Shown in pieces: positions 19,745 through 31,663 of a stretch of DNA of 64,000 nt. Each line of letters opens with the position of its first letter. Within the stretch, counting starts at the first letter, position 1. The notes below the pieces were generated by a model. The model was not told the DNA's origin. It saw nothing but the letters and a program-made list of their open reading frames with translations, and made no database searches. This DNA is from Candidatus Dormiibacterota bacterium (GTDB lineage: Bacteria; Chloroflexota; Dormibacteria; Aeolococcales; Bog-877). The translations under genes and the position numbers were made by a program. The stretch spans positions 229,134 through 293,133 of the forward strand of contig CAWDQV010000001.1 in assembly GCA_963804565.1 (NCBI GenBank). Reading direction: 5' to 3'.

Positions 19745-20087
19745 CTTGTGCCCTCAAATAGATGAGCTAATCGCCCCACCGCTGCAATCGAACCGGCCGG
19801 CGGCACTGTGTACTCAAAAGCGTACTCGCTAAGCGTCCCAGCGCATCCTCGGCCCCGGAGAGTCGATCGGTGTCCTCGCCGGACGCCAACTTGGGGCCCC
19901 GGAAGCGGTGCCGGGCATCTCGTGCAGCGGGTTCACACCCCGATGGCATAGGGGACCGATCGACCGCGCATGGGGAAGCCGGCGCCAGACCATCAAGCGG
20001 AGGCCCGGACTGGCCGGCGAACTTCCAGGACCAAGGAACTGCCGGGCTGCGCGTGATTAGATTGATGCCTGCGAGAATTGTGAGTGT

Positions 20088-21638
20088 GTGGAGGAGAACT
20101 CGTTGGGAATAACAACCCGTCATCCAGACGCAACAGCTGCCGAGATTGCCGACATCCCTCACTTTCTGGGCGGTGAGCGGCGCCTGGATCCGGAATCTCC
20201 GACCCTGCTCCCCGTCTACGACCCCGCCACCGGACGCCAGACTGGGGCCGTCCCGGTCGCTACCGAGGTAGAGGTAGACGAGGCGGTTGGGTTCGCCCAC
20301 ACCGCCCAGTCGAAGTGGGGAGCCACCTCGCTGGCCCAGCGCTCGGAGGTCTTCTTCCGGTTCCGGGATCTACTCGTCCGGAACACCGACAAGCTCGCGC
20401 TGGCCATCACGCGAGAGCACGGCAAGGTACTGTCCGACGCCAAGGGAGAGATCTCGCGAGGACTGGAGAATGTGGACTTTGCCTGCGGACTTTCCCACTT
20501 GCTGAAGGGCAGCAAATCGATGGAGGTCTCCTCGAATATCGACGTAGAGGAATACCGGATGCCGGTCGGGGTTGCGGTCGGCGTCTCGCCATTCAACTTC
20601 CCGGTGATGGTCCCGCTCTGGATGATCAGCAGCGCTCTCGCATGTGGGAATGCTTTCATCCTCAAGCCGAGCGAGAAGGACCCCAGCGCGTCGGTCATGA
20701 TTGCGGAGTTGCTCGCCGAGGCTGGACTGCCGGCAGGCGTGTTGACCGTCCTCCACGGCGACGCCAGCACCGTCAATTTGCTCCTCGACCACCCCGACGT
20801 GGACGCGGTCAGCTCGGTGGGATCGACCCCGGTCGCCCGCCAGATCTACCAACGGGCAGCTCGGCAGGGCAAGCGCGTGCAAGCGTTGGGCGGCGCCAAG
20901 AACCACATGGTGGTGCTTCCCGACGCCGACCTCGATGGCGCGGCGAGCGCGGCTGTGTCGGCCGGCTTTGGTTCAGCGGGCGAGCGCTGCATGGCGATCT
21001 CGGTGGTGGTCGCCGTCGGAGAGGTCGCCGAGCCACTGGTTGAGCAGATCAAAGGCAAGATGGCCCAGCTGCGGGTTGGGCCCGGCATCGATCCCGACTC
21101 AGAGATGGGCCCGCTGATCACTTCCGCCCACCGGGATCGGGTCGCCTCCTACATCGCCATCGGTCGGGATGAGGGCGCGACGGTCGCGGTCGATGGCCGC
21201 TCTCAAGCCTTTGAGGGCGACGGCTTCTTCCTCGGGCCATCGTTGCTGGACAACGTCACCCCGGAGATGCAGGTCTACCAGGATGAGATCTTTGGGCCGG
21301 TGCTCTGTGTTGTCCGCGCGGCCAGCTACCAGGAAGCCCTGGCGGTGGTGAACGGCAACCGCTACGGCAACGGAGGTGCCATCTTCACCCGCGATGGCGC
21401 GGCCGCACGCCGTTTCTGCCGCGAAGCAGAAGTAGGTATGGTCGGTGTCAACGTCCCGATCCCGGTTCCCGTGGGCACATTCTCCTTTGGTGGCTGGAAG
21501 GACTCCCTGTTCGGGGACACCCACATGTACGGTCCGGACGGGATTCACTTCTTCACCAGGACCAAGGTGGTCACCGGAAGATGGCAGGAGTCGGGAAAGT
21601 CGAGAGCGGCGGTCAACCTCTCCTTCCCCAGTAGCTGA
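20088..21638 (+). CDS. mmsA: CoA-acylating (methyl)malonate-semialdehyde dehydrogenase
   Basis: PFNFPVMVP, GGAKNHM, GERCMA, EIFGPV, GVNVPIPVP, FGGWKDSLFGD. Confidence 0.93.
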   Translation: MEENSLGITTRHPDATAAEIADIPHFLGGERRLDPESPTLLPVYDPATGRQTGAVPVATEVEVDEAVGFAHTAQSKWGATSLAQRSEVFFRFRDLLVRNTDKLALAITREHGKVLSDAKGEISRGLENVDFACGLSHLLKGSKSMEVSSNIDVEEYRMPVGVAVGVSPFNFPVMVPLWMISSALACGNAFILKPSEKDPSASVMIAELLAEAGLPAGVLTVLHGDASTVNLLLDHPDVDAVSSVGSTPVARQIYQRAARQGKRVQALGGAKNHMVVLPDADLDGAASAAVSAGFGSAGERCMAISVVVAVGEVAEPLVEQIKGKMAQLRVGPGIDPDSEMGPLITSAHRDRVASYIAIGRDEGATVAVDGRSQAFEGDGFFLGPSLLDNVTPEMQVYQDEIFGPVLCVVRAASYQEALAVVNGNRYGNGGAIFTRDGAAARRFCREAEVGMVGVNVPIPVPVGTFSFGGWKDSLFGDTHMYGPDGIHFFTRTKVVTGRWQESGKSRAAVNLSFPSS

Positions 21639-21653
21639 CCAATAGGAGTAACC

Positions 21654-22991
21654 GTGGCCACAGTAACCAAGCCGGCATTGGCGGTCGACCATGTGTTCCA
21701 CACTTGGTCGGCCCAGCGCTCGGTGAACCAAGTGAAACCGGTGAGGGCCTCAGGTAGCTGGTTCTGGGACGAGACCGGCAAGCAGTATCTGGACTTCGCC
21801 TCCCAGCTGGTTTTCGTCAATCTCGGCTACCAGCACCCCGCCTTGATCGCGGCGATCCAGGAACAGGCCAGCGTCATGTGCACTCTTGCCCCGGACTTCG
21901 CTAGCGATGCCCGCAGCGAGCTGGCGGAGATGCTTGCGGCCAGGGCTCCTGGCGACCTGAACTACGTCTTCTTCACCAATGGCGGCACCGAAGCCAATGA
22001 GCACGCCATTCGAATGGCGAGGCTGCACACCGGGCGGCAAAAGATCATGGGCGCCTACCGCAGCTACCACGGTGCCACCGGAGGCTCGATCACGGTCACG
22101 GGAGATCCGCGGCGGTGGGCCAACGAGCCCGGGATTCCGGGGGTCGTTCACTTCATGGGTCCGTACCTGTACCGATCGGCCTTCGGCGCCAAGACCGAGG
22201 CCGAGGAGTGCCAGGCCGCACTCACTCACCTGAGGGACGTGATCGAGCTGGAGGGTCCAGCGACGATCGCGGCGATCTTCATGGAGACGGTCGTGGGCAC
22301 CAACGGCGTGCTTGTCCCGCCGCCCGGTTATCTGGCCGGAGTTCGCGCCCTCTGCGATGAGTTCGGGATCCTCATGGTCTGCGACGAGGTCATGGTCGGC
22401 TTCGGTCGCATCGGAGAGTGGTTCGCGGTCGACGCCTGGGCGGTGACACCTGACCTCATCACCTTTGCCAAGGGCGTGAACTCCGGATACGTTCCCCTGG
22501 GTGGGGTCATAGTCTCCGAGGAGGTCCGGGAGTCCTTCGCAGACCGCACCTATCCCGGCGGGCTCACCTACTCCGGGCATCCACTGGCCTGCGCCGTGGG
22601 AGTCGCCAGCATTCGCGTGTTCGAGGAGACTCACCTGCTCGAACATGTACGCAGGGTGGGCCGGGATGTGGCGGAGCCCGCGCTCAGAGAGTTGGCCAAG
22701 CGCCACCCCTCGGTCGGCGAGGTTCGCGGCCGCGGACTCTTCTGGGCAGTCGAGTTGGTGAGGAACCGCCAGACGCGCGAGATGCTGGTGCCCTACAACG
22801 CCACCGGCACCGATAAAGAGCCGATGAACAAACTGGTGGCCGCCTGCCGTGATCTCGGTCTTTGGCCGTTCAGTCATTTCAACCGAATCCACGTCGCTCC
22901 GCCGCTGGTCATGACTGGGGAGGAACTCGAAGACGGAATCAGCCGGCTGGACAAGGCTCTTACCGTTGCCGATAGCTACGTCGAGGGCTGA
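21654..22991 (+). CDS. Class III PLP aminotransferase (omega-amino acid:pyruvate type)
   Basis: SYHGAT, DEVMVGFGRIG, FAKG (PLP lysine), GLTYSGHP; AGGAG RBS. Confidence 0.92.
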   Translation: MATVTKPALAVDHVFHTWSAQRSVNQVKPVRASGSWFWDETGKQYLDFASQLVFVNLGYQHPALIAAIQEQASVMCTLAPDFASDARSELAEMLAARAPGDLNYVFFTNGGTEANEHAIRMARLHTGRQKIMGAYRSYHGATGGSITVTGDPRRWANEPGIPGVVHFMGPYLYRSAFGAKTEAEECQAALTHLRDVIELEGPATIAAIFMETVVGTNGVLVPPPGYLAGVRALCDEFGILMVCDEVMVGFGRIGEWFAVDAWAVTPDLITFAKGVNSGYVPLGGVIVSEEVRESFADRTYPGGLTYSGHPLACAVGVASIRVFEETHLLEHVRRVGRDVAEPALRELAKRHPSVGEVRGRGLFWAVELVRNRQTREMLVPYNATGTDKEPMNKLVAACRDLGLWPFSHFNRIHVAPPLVMTGEELEDGISRLDKALTVADSYVEG

Positions 22992-23104
22992 TCCTCGAGG
23001 TACTAAAACCAACCCGCCGGCCTGGCTCTGATCACCGAGGACCCACCGCGCTCCCAGTTCTCCGCGCTCAGGCCCGCTCAGCATCTCGATCTATACTCCG
23101 GCCG

Positions 23105-23674
23105 ATGCACATAGCCGCGATCTTGGTCAACGACGTCGCGGTCCTCCTGGAGATCTACGCGCTCTGCATCCTGGTCTGGGCGTTCATGTCCTTCTTCCCG
23201 GAGGCCTACGCCAGCCCGGTGGGACACCTGCTGGAGGCGCTAGTGATGCCGGTGATCAGACCGCTCCGCGGTGTCCTGCCAACCATCGCGGGACTGGACT
23301 TTTCCCCCTTACTGGCACTGGTGCTGGTGTTCGCCCTAGCGGACTTACTGCAGCAGCTGGCGTCGAACCACTTCGCCAATCCGGTCGAGATCATTTTCAG
23401 CGTGATCTTCGAGTTCATCAGCGCGGTCGTCCTGGTGATAGTGGTCCTGCTGCTGATCCGGGTCCTGGTGAGCGCGCTCCACGTCGACCCCTGGCATCCC
23501 TTCGTCTACTCGATCAGGCGAATCACCGACCGCCTGATCGCGCCCGTCCAACGGGTCGCCCAAGTGCAGATGGAGATGGCGGCGGTGATTGGGCTGGTGA
23601 TCGCTGTGATCGTCTACATCGGTCTCTCCGAGCTCCTCTTTCCGACCCTGCTGAACAGCCTCTATCAGATCTAG
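23105..23674 (+). CDS. YggT family membrane protein (tandem domains)
   Basis: PVIRPLRGVLPTIAGLDFSPLLA and a second ITDRLIAPVQR repeat. Confidence 0.85.
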   Translation: MHIAAILVNDVAVLLEIYALCILVWAFMSFFPEAYASPVGHLLEALVMPVIRPLRGVLPTIAGLDFSPLLALVLVFALADLLQQLASNHFANPVEIIFSVIFEFISAVVLVIVVLLLIRVLVSALHVDPWHPFVYSIRRITDRLIAPVQRVAQVQMEMAAVIGLVIAVIVYIGLSELLFPTLLNSLYQI

Positions 23675-23686
23675 CCGTGCACCCGT

Positions 23687-26600
23687 TTACTGATTGCGGC
23701 CGCGGAACCGCGGCGGCGGGGCCACAACCCTGAGCGCCTCGGAACGATAGGCGCCCTGCCCGAACAGTTCGATGACCGCCGCCTCGAGCTGGGGAGATCC
23801 GGCGGCCTGGTATTCGGACCCCAACTCGAGCTCGTGGTCGCCCTCGGCGTCGTGCAGATGCAGCACCACGCGAGAATGCCCCGGGTGCGCTTGCAGAAGC
23901 TCAGCCAGCCGGCGCAACGCTTCCTCGGCCGCGTCACTGGCGAGCACGTGAATCACCGCCGAAGCGCGCCAGTTAGCAAGGGTCGGATCGTCCAGCGCGA
24001 GCAGATCCTCGGCGATCACACGGGCCTCCTCCGGCTCGTCTGTAACGCCGGCTTCCGAGGACTCCTCGCCCTCTAGGACGGGCGGCGCCGCACTGCTTCC
24101 GTTGGGCGTTCCCGGCCCCCGCCTCGCCCCGACCTCCACCCTCCCCCGCACCACCACCAGAGCGTCGGGGTGGAGCAAGGAAGCCCTCTGCTGGTACAGC
24201 GAGGGGAACACCACCACCTCGCAGACACCAGTCAGGTCCTCCAACTGGGCGAACGCCATCGGCTCCCCGCGCCGACTCTGGACCCTTCGACATTCCCGGA
24301 CAGCGCCGCCCACTTGAACCACCGTGCCCTCCAGCCGGGTCAGGTCGGAGACCACAGTGTCCGTGCGCTCGCGCAACTCCTGTCCGAGACGTTGCAGCGG
24401 GTGGTCGCTGAGATAGATCCCCAGCAGCTCCCTCTCCCAGGCGAGTCTCTCCCGTTGCATCTCCTCGGTTATTGCCAGGGCGGGAAGCGGCGCGCTCCTG
24501 CCCGTCAGTAGAAGGAGCCGGCGAATCCGCGGGATCGGACTCGAAGAGCGAAATCTGACCGGAGTCCCTCTCCCGCGCCGCCGCCTCGGCCCTGCGCATG
24601 GCCGTGTCCAGCTGGGCCAACAGCAGCCCCCGGTCGCCGAGGTTGTCGCACGCTCCGCTCTTGATGAGGGCCTCCAAGGCCCTCCGATTCAGCTCCCTCC
24701 CTCTTACCCTGGTGCAGAGGTCGACCAGGGATCGAAACGGGCCACCCTCCTCGCGGACCGCGACCAACGCCTGGGCAGCTGCCTCTCCGACGTTCTTGAT
24801 GTGCTGCAGCCCATACAGGATCTCGCTCGTGGTCGGTGCGATCCCGTTCTGACCTTGGTCACCGGCGGCCAGGACGCTGAAGGGGGCGCGCGACCGGTTG
24901 ACGTCGGGCGAGTGGACCACGATCCCTCGAGCCTGGGTGTCCTGAATCGCCCGCTTGAGCCGCTCGAAGTCGCTGGCTTTGCTGTTGAGCAGGGCCGCCA
25001 TGAACTCGAGCGGGTAGTTGGCCTTGAAATAGGCCGTTCGATAGCTGATCAACCCATACGCCACGGAGTGAGCTTTGTTGAAGCCGTAGCCCGCGAAGTG
25101 GTCGATGTAGTCGAAGAGGTCCACGGCGGTCTTCTCTGCCACCCCTCGGCCGACGGCTCCGGCGATGAAGCGCTCCCGCTGGGCCGCCATCTTCGCCTTG
25201 TCCTTCTTGCCCATGGCGGCCCTGAGCAGATCTGCCGCACCGAGGCTGAAACCGGCCGCCTGGGCCGCGATCTGCATGACCTGGTCCTGATAGACGATCA
25301 CCCCGTGGGTCTCCTTCAGGACTGACTCCAGTTCCGGCAGCATGTAGGTGATCGCCTCCTCACCGCGCCGGCGCTTCATGTAGAGATCGGTGGCGCCTCC
25401 TTCGATTACTCCAGGGCGGTTGATCGCGCCCGCGGCGGCCATGTCCTCAATGGAGCGTGGCCGCATGTCCATCACGATCCGGCGCCCGCCCGGCTGCTCG
25501 AGCTGAAAGACCCCGAGGGTGTCTCCCCGGGCCAACAGGTCGTAAGTGGGACCATCGTCCAGGGGAATCGCGTCGATGTCCGGGCGCGATCCGCGAAGCC
25601 GCTCGATGTTGTCGAGGGTCTCCTCCAGGATCGTCAGATTTTCCAGTCCCAGGAAGTCCATCTTGAGCAGTCCGATCTTCTGGACCCCATTCATGTCGAA
25701 CTGGGTCACGACCGCCTCTCGGTTGGTAGTGGCCCGCTGCAGGGGGACGTAGTCGGTTAGCGGACCTGGGGCGATCACGACCCCTCCGGCGTGGGTCCCC
25801 GCATTACGGGAGATGCCCTCCAGCCGCCTCGCGGTATCGATCAGACGTTGGGCCCAGGGCTGGCTCTCGTAAGCCGACTTGAGCTCCTTGGACTCCACCA
25901 GGGCGGCGTCCAGCGTCACCCCGGGTCGGGTCGGAATTAGCTTCGCCAGCTGATCAACCTCGGGCAGGGGAACGTTTAGAACTCGTCCCACGTCGCGCAC
26001 GGCCGCCCGTGCCGCCATGGTCCCGTAGGTGACTATCTGCGCCACCCGGTCAGCCCCATAGCGCCGGTTGACGTATTCGATCACCCGGGCCCGGCCCGCC
26101 ACGTCGAAGTCGATGTCGATGTCAGGCATCGAGACCCGTTCCGGGTTCAGAAACCGCTCAAAGATGAGGCCGTACTGGAGCGGGTCTATGTCGGTGATCC
26201 CGAGGCTATATGCGACCAGGCTCCCGGCCGAGGATCCCCGTCCCGGACCTATCTTCACCCCAACCTCCCGGCCAGCCCGGGTGAAGTCCCAGACGATCAG
26301 GAAGTAGGGGGCGAATCCGGTCTCGCGGATGACGCTCAGTTCGTATCGCAGCCGGTCCAGATATTCCGGGGCCGGGTCTTCGCCGTGGCGCCGCTGGCGC
26401 AGCCCCTGGTTGGCCACGTCCTCCAGGAGGCCATCGGCGTCTTGTCCGACCGGTACGTCGTAGAGGGGCAACAGGTGCTGGTCAAGGAGTGGCTCGAAGC
26501 GGCACCGAGACGCGATCTCCCAGCTGTTGTTGACGGCCTCCAGGCAGTAGTCGAATTTGACGGCCATCTCCTCAGCCGAGCTGACGTAGAAGTGGGGGCC

Positions 26601-27323
26601 GGAGAAACGCAGCCGCTTCGGGTCGTCCAGCCGGCTCCCGGTCTGGATGCAGAGCAATATGTCGTGAGCCTCGGAGTCGTCCCGATCGACGTAGTGACAA
26701 TCGTTGGTGGCGACCAGAGGAATGCCCGTCTCCCGGGCGATCTTCATCAGCCCCTCCCGGACCACCCGTTCCTCGACCATCCCGTGGTCCTGGATCTCCA
26801 GGAAGTAGCCGTCGGTTCCCAGGATCTGCGCGTACTCTTTGGCGATTCCCAAGGCCCCGTCGGCGTCCCCCACCAGCAACCGCTGCGCCACTTCTCCGCC
26901 GATGCAGCCGGACAGCCCGATCAAGCCCTTGGCGTGCTCCGCGAGCAGCTCGTGGTCAATTCGAGGCTTGTAGTAGAAACCGTCCAAGTGGGCCCGGCTC
27001 ACTAGCTTCACTAGGTTGGCGTAGCCTTCCCGGTCCCGGGCCAGTAGGACCAGGTGGAAGGGGTCCCGGTCCGCCCTCCCCTCCTTCTGCAGGTGGGAAC
27101 GGGCCGCAACATAGACTTCGCACCCGATGATCGGGGTGATCCCCACATCGGTGGCTGCCTCGTAGAACTCGATCGCCCCGGCCAGTACTCCGTGGTCGGT
27201 TATGGCAATCGCCCGCTGGCCCAGGTCGTGGGCCCGCTGAGCCAAGTCCCTGACCCGGGCGGCTCCGTCGAGCAGGGAGTACTCAGAGTGCGTGTGGAGG
27301 TGGGCGAACTGCACGGAAGGCAT
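23687..27323 (-). CDS. dnaE: DNA polymerase III alpha subunit (frameshift near 24480)
   Basis: PHP motif HLHTHSEYSLLDG, GRGSSAGS, MPDIDIDF, YGFNKAHS; the OB-fold C-terminus is in ORF 23687-24460. Confidence 0.96.
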
Positions 27324-27364
27324 AGCTGGGCACGGGTTCCCGAACTGGGGGAGTCGCCTCCCCC

Positions 27365-28723
27365 TCAGCTCTCAGTATCGGAGATTGGGCCAGCCCCAGG
27401 CGCCCATGTTCGACGGAGCAGGGCTATCGTCTCGAAGTGATAGGTCTGGGGGAACATGTCGATCAGTCGCAGACGCTCCAAGCGATAGGGACCGGGCCTG
27501 CAGAGCACCTTCAGATCCCTTGCCAGGGCGGACACCTCGCAACTCAGATAGACCACGGTTGGCGGGCCCTCCTGGGCCAGCCACTTTCGGACCGGTGGCC
27601 CGAGGCCGGCCCGCGGTGGGTCCAGCACGACAGCCTGAGCCGGATCGACCAATGGCAACTCGGTCTCGACCAGCCCGCAAACGGTGCTGACCAGTCCTGC
27701 GCCGTACATCTCGGCATGCAGCTCGCAGAGGCGGGCTGAAATGGGGTTCGATTCGATCACGGTCACCCGAGCGCCGCAGTCGGCCAAGCGCAGGCTGAGT
27801 ATTCCCATGCCGCCGTAGGCGTCGACCACGTGCGCCCCGGATATCTCTGCTGCGAGCAGGTCGATGACCGACTCGTAGAGGGCCCCGAGGGTGGACTCGT
27901 TGACCTGGATGAAGGAGTCGGGAAAGACCCGAAATTCCCGGTCTCGATATCGAAGACTGGTCGATTCGTCGGTCACCGTAACCGCCCCCGGCGGACCAGG
28001 GGCTACCTCGGTCGCTACCGCTGCGCTCTCGGACCGTCGAGGACGCGTCTCGACCAGGAGCTGGCTTCCACCATCGCCCGCGGTCAGCTGCACGGTCTGG
28101 ACCGACGGCCCCATCCGCCCAATCACGTCTCCTAGGGCGGCGAGTTCGCCGGTGATGGTCGGATGGTGAATCAGGCAGTCGGAGACGCCGAGCACGCGGT
28201 AGCTGGACCGGCTCTTGAAACCCAGCGGAGGACCGCCGTCGCTCCGGTGGAACTCACCGCGCCAGCGATAGCGCCATGGATCCTCTGATCCAACCGTGTC
28301 TATCTCGCCGGGCAGCTCGATGCCCTCTCTGATCAAGGCCTGCTCGAGGACCGCCCGCTTGGACGCCAGCTGGAAGGGGTAGGTCGAATGCTGCAGCTGG
28401 CAGCCTCCGCAGTGGCCGAAGTACGGACACGGGGGGGCCACTCGGTGGGGCGAGCCCCGATGAACCTCGGTGGTATCAGCGAAGGCGTGTCGCCGCCTCA
28501 CCTTGGTGACGTGTGCCGACACCTCTTCACCCGGGAGTGCACCGAACAAGAACACGACGAAACCGGCGATGCGGCCCACGCCGAGGCCGCGGTGCGCCAT
28601 GCCGGAGCAGTCCAGTCGAACCAGATCACCCGGCCGCAGCGGAGGCGGCTCTGACGCAGGTCTGTCTGGGCTGGGCTGATCCTCCCTCGGGCCACCCTGA
28701 TCGCCGGACGACAGGGCGCTCAG
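27365..28723 (-). CDS. rlmD: 23S rRNA (uracil-5)-methyltransferase, RlmD/TrmA family
   Basis: TRAM domain, [40 protein letters not shown]; the frame stays open upstream of ATG 28600 to a CTG overlapping the gatB stop. Confidence 0.85.
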   Translation of the reverse strand: MSALSSGDQGGPREDQPSPDRPASEPPPLRPGDLVRLDCSGMAHRGLGVGRIAGFVVFLFGALPGEEVSAHVTKVRRRHAFADTTEVHRGSPHRVAPPCPYFGHCGGCQLQHSTYPFQLASKRAVLEQALIREGIELPGEIDTVGSEDPWRYRWRGEFHRSDGGPPLGFKSRSSYRVLGVSDCLIHHPTITGELAALGDVIGRMGPSVQTVQLTAGDGGSQLLVETRPRRSESAAVATEVAPGPPGAVTVTDESTSLRYRDREFRVFPDSFIQVNESTLGALYESVIDLLAAEISGAHVVDAYGGMGILSLRLADCGARVTVIESNPISARLCELHAEMYGAGLVSTVCGLVETELPLVDPAQAVVLDPPRAGLGPPVRKWLAQEGPPTVVYLSCEVSALARDLKVLCRPGPYRLERLRLIDMFPQTYHFETIALLRRTWAPGAGPISDTES

Positions 28724-30189
28724 CCCCCGGGGCGGGGTAGCCGCTCGCGCAGAAGCTCGTTGACGATTTCGGCCTTGGCCCGTCCTTTGGACATTCCCAT
28801 CACCGCTCCCACCAGCGCTTGAAGCGCTTGGTCCTTGCCGGCCTGGTAGTCGGTCGCCGCCTTGGCATTACGGGCAATCGCCTGGTCGACCAAGGCAGAG
28901 ATCTCGCCCACGTCCGAGAGTTGGCTCAGTCCCTGACTGCGGACCATGTCGGCCGGGCTCTCTCCGGTCTCGAAGACCTTGGCGAGTACGTCCTTTGCCA
29001 CTTTCCCAGTGGCCTCCTGGCTCGCCACCAGCTTCAGTAACTCGGCGAAGGCGGCGGGTGACACCAGGCATTTTTCGAGCGCCACGTTGGCCGCATTGCA
29101 CAGCCCCTGCAGCTCGCCGAGTTGCCAGTTCGCCGCCAACTGGGGTTCGACTCCAAGCGCCACCACCTCCTCGAAGTAGCGCGAGTCCGCAGGCCGGCCG
29201 GTGAGGAGGAGCACCTGGTCCTCCGGCAGGCCGTACTCAGTGTGGAACCGGACGCGCCGCGCACTGGGCAACTCTGGTAGCGCCGCCCGCACCTCCTCAA
29301 CCTGCGCCCTTGAGATCAGCAGTGGGGGCAAATCGGGCTCTGGGAAGTAGCGATACTCTTGGGCCTCCTCCTTGCTGCGCTGAGAGACCGTGCGCTGCTC
29401 CAGCTCACTCCAGCCCCTTGTCTCCTGGCTCAGCTTGCCGCCCTCGTCGAGGACAGTCTGCTGGCGCCCGAGCTCATACTCCAAAGCCCGCAGGACACTG
29501 CGGAACGAGTTCATGTTCTTGATCTCGACCTTGACGCCCAGGGCATCGGCACCCGTGGGGCGCAGCGAGATATTGGCATCACAACGCAGGCTGCCCTCGT
29601 CCATATTGCCGTCGTTCACCCCGATGTAGGTGAGCAGCTGCCGCAGGGCGGCGAGGTAGGCCCTCGCCTCGGCCGGCGACTTCAGGTCAGGTTCGCCGAC
29701 AATCTCCATCAGCGGGACCCCGGCTCGGTTCAGGTCGACAAGAGAGAAGGCCGAGTTCTGGATCTCACCCGCATGGTGGAGGGTTCCGGTGTCCTCTTCC
29801 AAGTGGACCCGTGTGATCCCAGCCCGCATCTGTCTTCCTTCCACAGCGAACTCCAGCCAGCCGTTGCGGGAGAGCGGCAGGTCGTACTGGGAGATCTGAT
29901 AGCCCTTGGGTAGGTCCGGATAGAAGTAGTTCTTACGGTCGAACTTGGTGAACTCCGGAATCTCGCAGTTGAGCGCCAATGCTGTTCTCAAGGTGAGCCG
30001 GATCCCCTCTTCGTTGATCACCGGCAGCGCTCCGGGGAGACCCAGGCAAACCGGGCAGGTGTTGCTGTTTGGCGGGAGACCGAGATAGTCCGCCCGACAG
30101 GAGCAGAACATCTTGCTCTTGGTCAGCAGCTGAGCGTGCACCTCGAGCCCAATCACCGCCTCCCAACGCGGCGCCAGCGCCGTGGTCAA
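28720..30189 (-). CDS. gatB: Asp/Glu-tRNA amidotransferase subunit B
   Basis: [37 protein letters not shown]. Confidence 0.98.
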   Translation of the reverse strand: MTTALAPRWEAVIGLEVHAQLLTKSKMFCSCRADYLGLPPNSNTCPVCLGLPGALPVINEEGIRLTLRTALALNCEIPEFTKFDRKNYFYPDLPKGYQISQYDLPLSRNGWLEFAVEGRQMRAGITRVHLEEDTGTLHHAGEIQNSAFSLVDLNRAGVPLMEIVGEPDLKSPAEARAYLAALRQLLTYIGVNDGNMDEGSLRCDANISLRPTGADALGVKVEIKNMNSFRSVLRALEYELGRQQTVLDEGGKLSQETRGWSELEQRTVSQRSKEEAQEYRYFPEPDLPPLLISRAQVEEVRAALPELPSARRVRFHTEYGLPEDQVLLLTGRPADSRYFEEVVALGVEPQLAANWQLGELQGLCNAANVALEKCLVSPAAFAELLKLVASQEATGKVAKDVLAKVFETGESPADMVRSQGLSQLSDVGEISALVDQAIARNAKAATDYQAGKDQALQALVGAVMGMSKGRAKAEIVNELLRERLPRPGG

Positions 30190-31663
30190 TTCGAGGCCAC
30201 TGCCAGCGGCGGAAGCCTGGTCCAGACCTGGACCGCATCCTCCAGGCTCCGTGCAACTCGGAGGCAGGCCGCCTCGCCCAAGTACGGTCCCAGGACCTGC
30301 AGGCCCACCGGTAGCCCCTCGGCGAAGCCGGCCGGGACCGCGACTCCGGAAATGCCCGCCAGGTTTGCGGGCAGGGTGAAGATATCTGTCCCGTACATGG
30401 CCATCGGGTCGGCGGTCCGCTCGCCGATCTTGAACGCGGCAGTCGGTGCAGTGGGCGAAATGATGGCATCAACCTCTGCGAAGGCCCGATCAAAATCCTG
30501 GGCCACCAAGGTCCGCACCTTCTGCGCCCGCAGGTAGTAGGCGTCGTAGTACCCGCTGCTGAGAGCGTACGTTCCCAGAGTCACCCGGCGCCTAACTTCC
30601 GGCCCAAATCCGGCGTGGCGAGCCTTCTCGTATGCCTCGGTGATTGTGGCCGCGCCGGCAACCGGAGGCCCGAAACGGATGCCGTCCATGCGCGCCAGAT
30701 TGCTGCTGACCTCGGCCGGAGCGATCACGTAGTAGGCCGACAGGGCGTACTCCGTGGTGGGCAGGCTCACCTCCGTGGTCACAGCCCCCAGCCCCTCCAG
30801 GGTCTTCACCGCCTGCTGGAAGACCGCAGCAACCCCGGCATCAAGTCCGACTTCCAAGTACTCCCGGGGAATCCCGAGGCGCATACCCCTGACGCCGTCT
30901 CTGAGGCCTCCCACGAGGTCCCCTACCGGCGCCGTGAGACTGGTGCTGTCGCGCGGATCCAGTCCGGCGATGGCGGTCAGTACCAACGTCGCGTCCTCGA
31001 CCGTCTTTGCCAGTGGTCCGATCTGGTCCAGCGAACTGGCAAAGGCGATCAGGCCGTACCGGCTGACCCGCCCATATGTGGGTTTGACCCCAACCACCCC
31101 ACTGAAGGAGGCGGGAAGCCGGATCGAGCCTCCTGTGTCGCTGCCCAAAGTAGCGCACGCCAGGCGCGCCGCCACGGCTGCCGCCGACCCGCCACTACTG
31201 CCCCCGGCGACCCGATCCGGGTCCCAGGGATTGCGGGTCAATCTGGTACGACGAGTTCTCGTTGGAGCTGCCCATGGCGAACTCATCGCAGTTGAGCTTT
31301 CCCAAGCAGAACGACGCCGAGGTCGGCGAGGCGTTCCGCCACAGTTGCGCTGTACGGGGGTACGAATCCGCGAAGGATCTGGCTCCCAGCGGTGGTCTCG
31401 ATTCCCTTGGTGCAGATCACATCCTTGTAGGCGACGGGGATCCCACAGAGGACCGATGCGCCCTCCGGGTCAGCACGGAGCTGCCGGTCGGCGGCCGCCG
31501 CGGACTCCAGCGCCAGCTCAGGCGTCAGCCGAAGGTAGGCGCCCAGAGCAGGATCCAGCTCCTGGACCCGGTTGAGCGCTTCCTGGGTGAGTTCGACGGC
31601 CGAGAACTCCCGCTCGCGGAGGCGCCGGGCGAGTTCGCGAATTGGTTCTTCGAGCAGCGTCAC
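30186..31663 (-). CDS. gatA: Asp/Glu-tRNA amidotransferase subunit A (frameshifts near 31240-31300)
   Basis: Amidase signature [21 protein letters not shown]; N-terminus with KD motif in ORF 31283-31663. Confidence 0.94.

Noticed and set aside
14311-20087. Intact prophage or integrative element after tRNA-Leu
   Set aside because: No integrase, transposase, relaxase or phage gene is recognisable; only a degenerate att-like repeat.
21750-23084. Long antisense ORFs such as 21750-23084 (-), 40412-41521 (+) and 47883-48797 (+)
   Set aside because: These are shadow frames of real genes, typical of high-GC codon bias.
23687-27323. Split dnaE as an intein or trans-splicing system
   Set aside because: No intein motifs or extra length; the break is a single frameshift in a low-complexity linker.
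29140-29156. GGGGTTCGACTCC T-loop-like motif
   Set aside because: It lies inside gatB on the opposite strand with no other tRNA arms.
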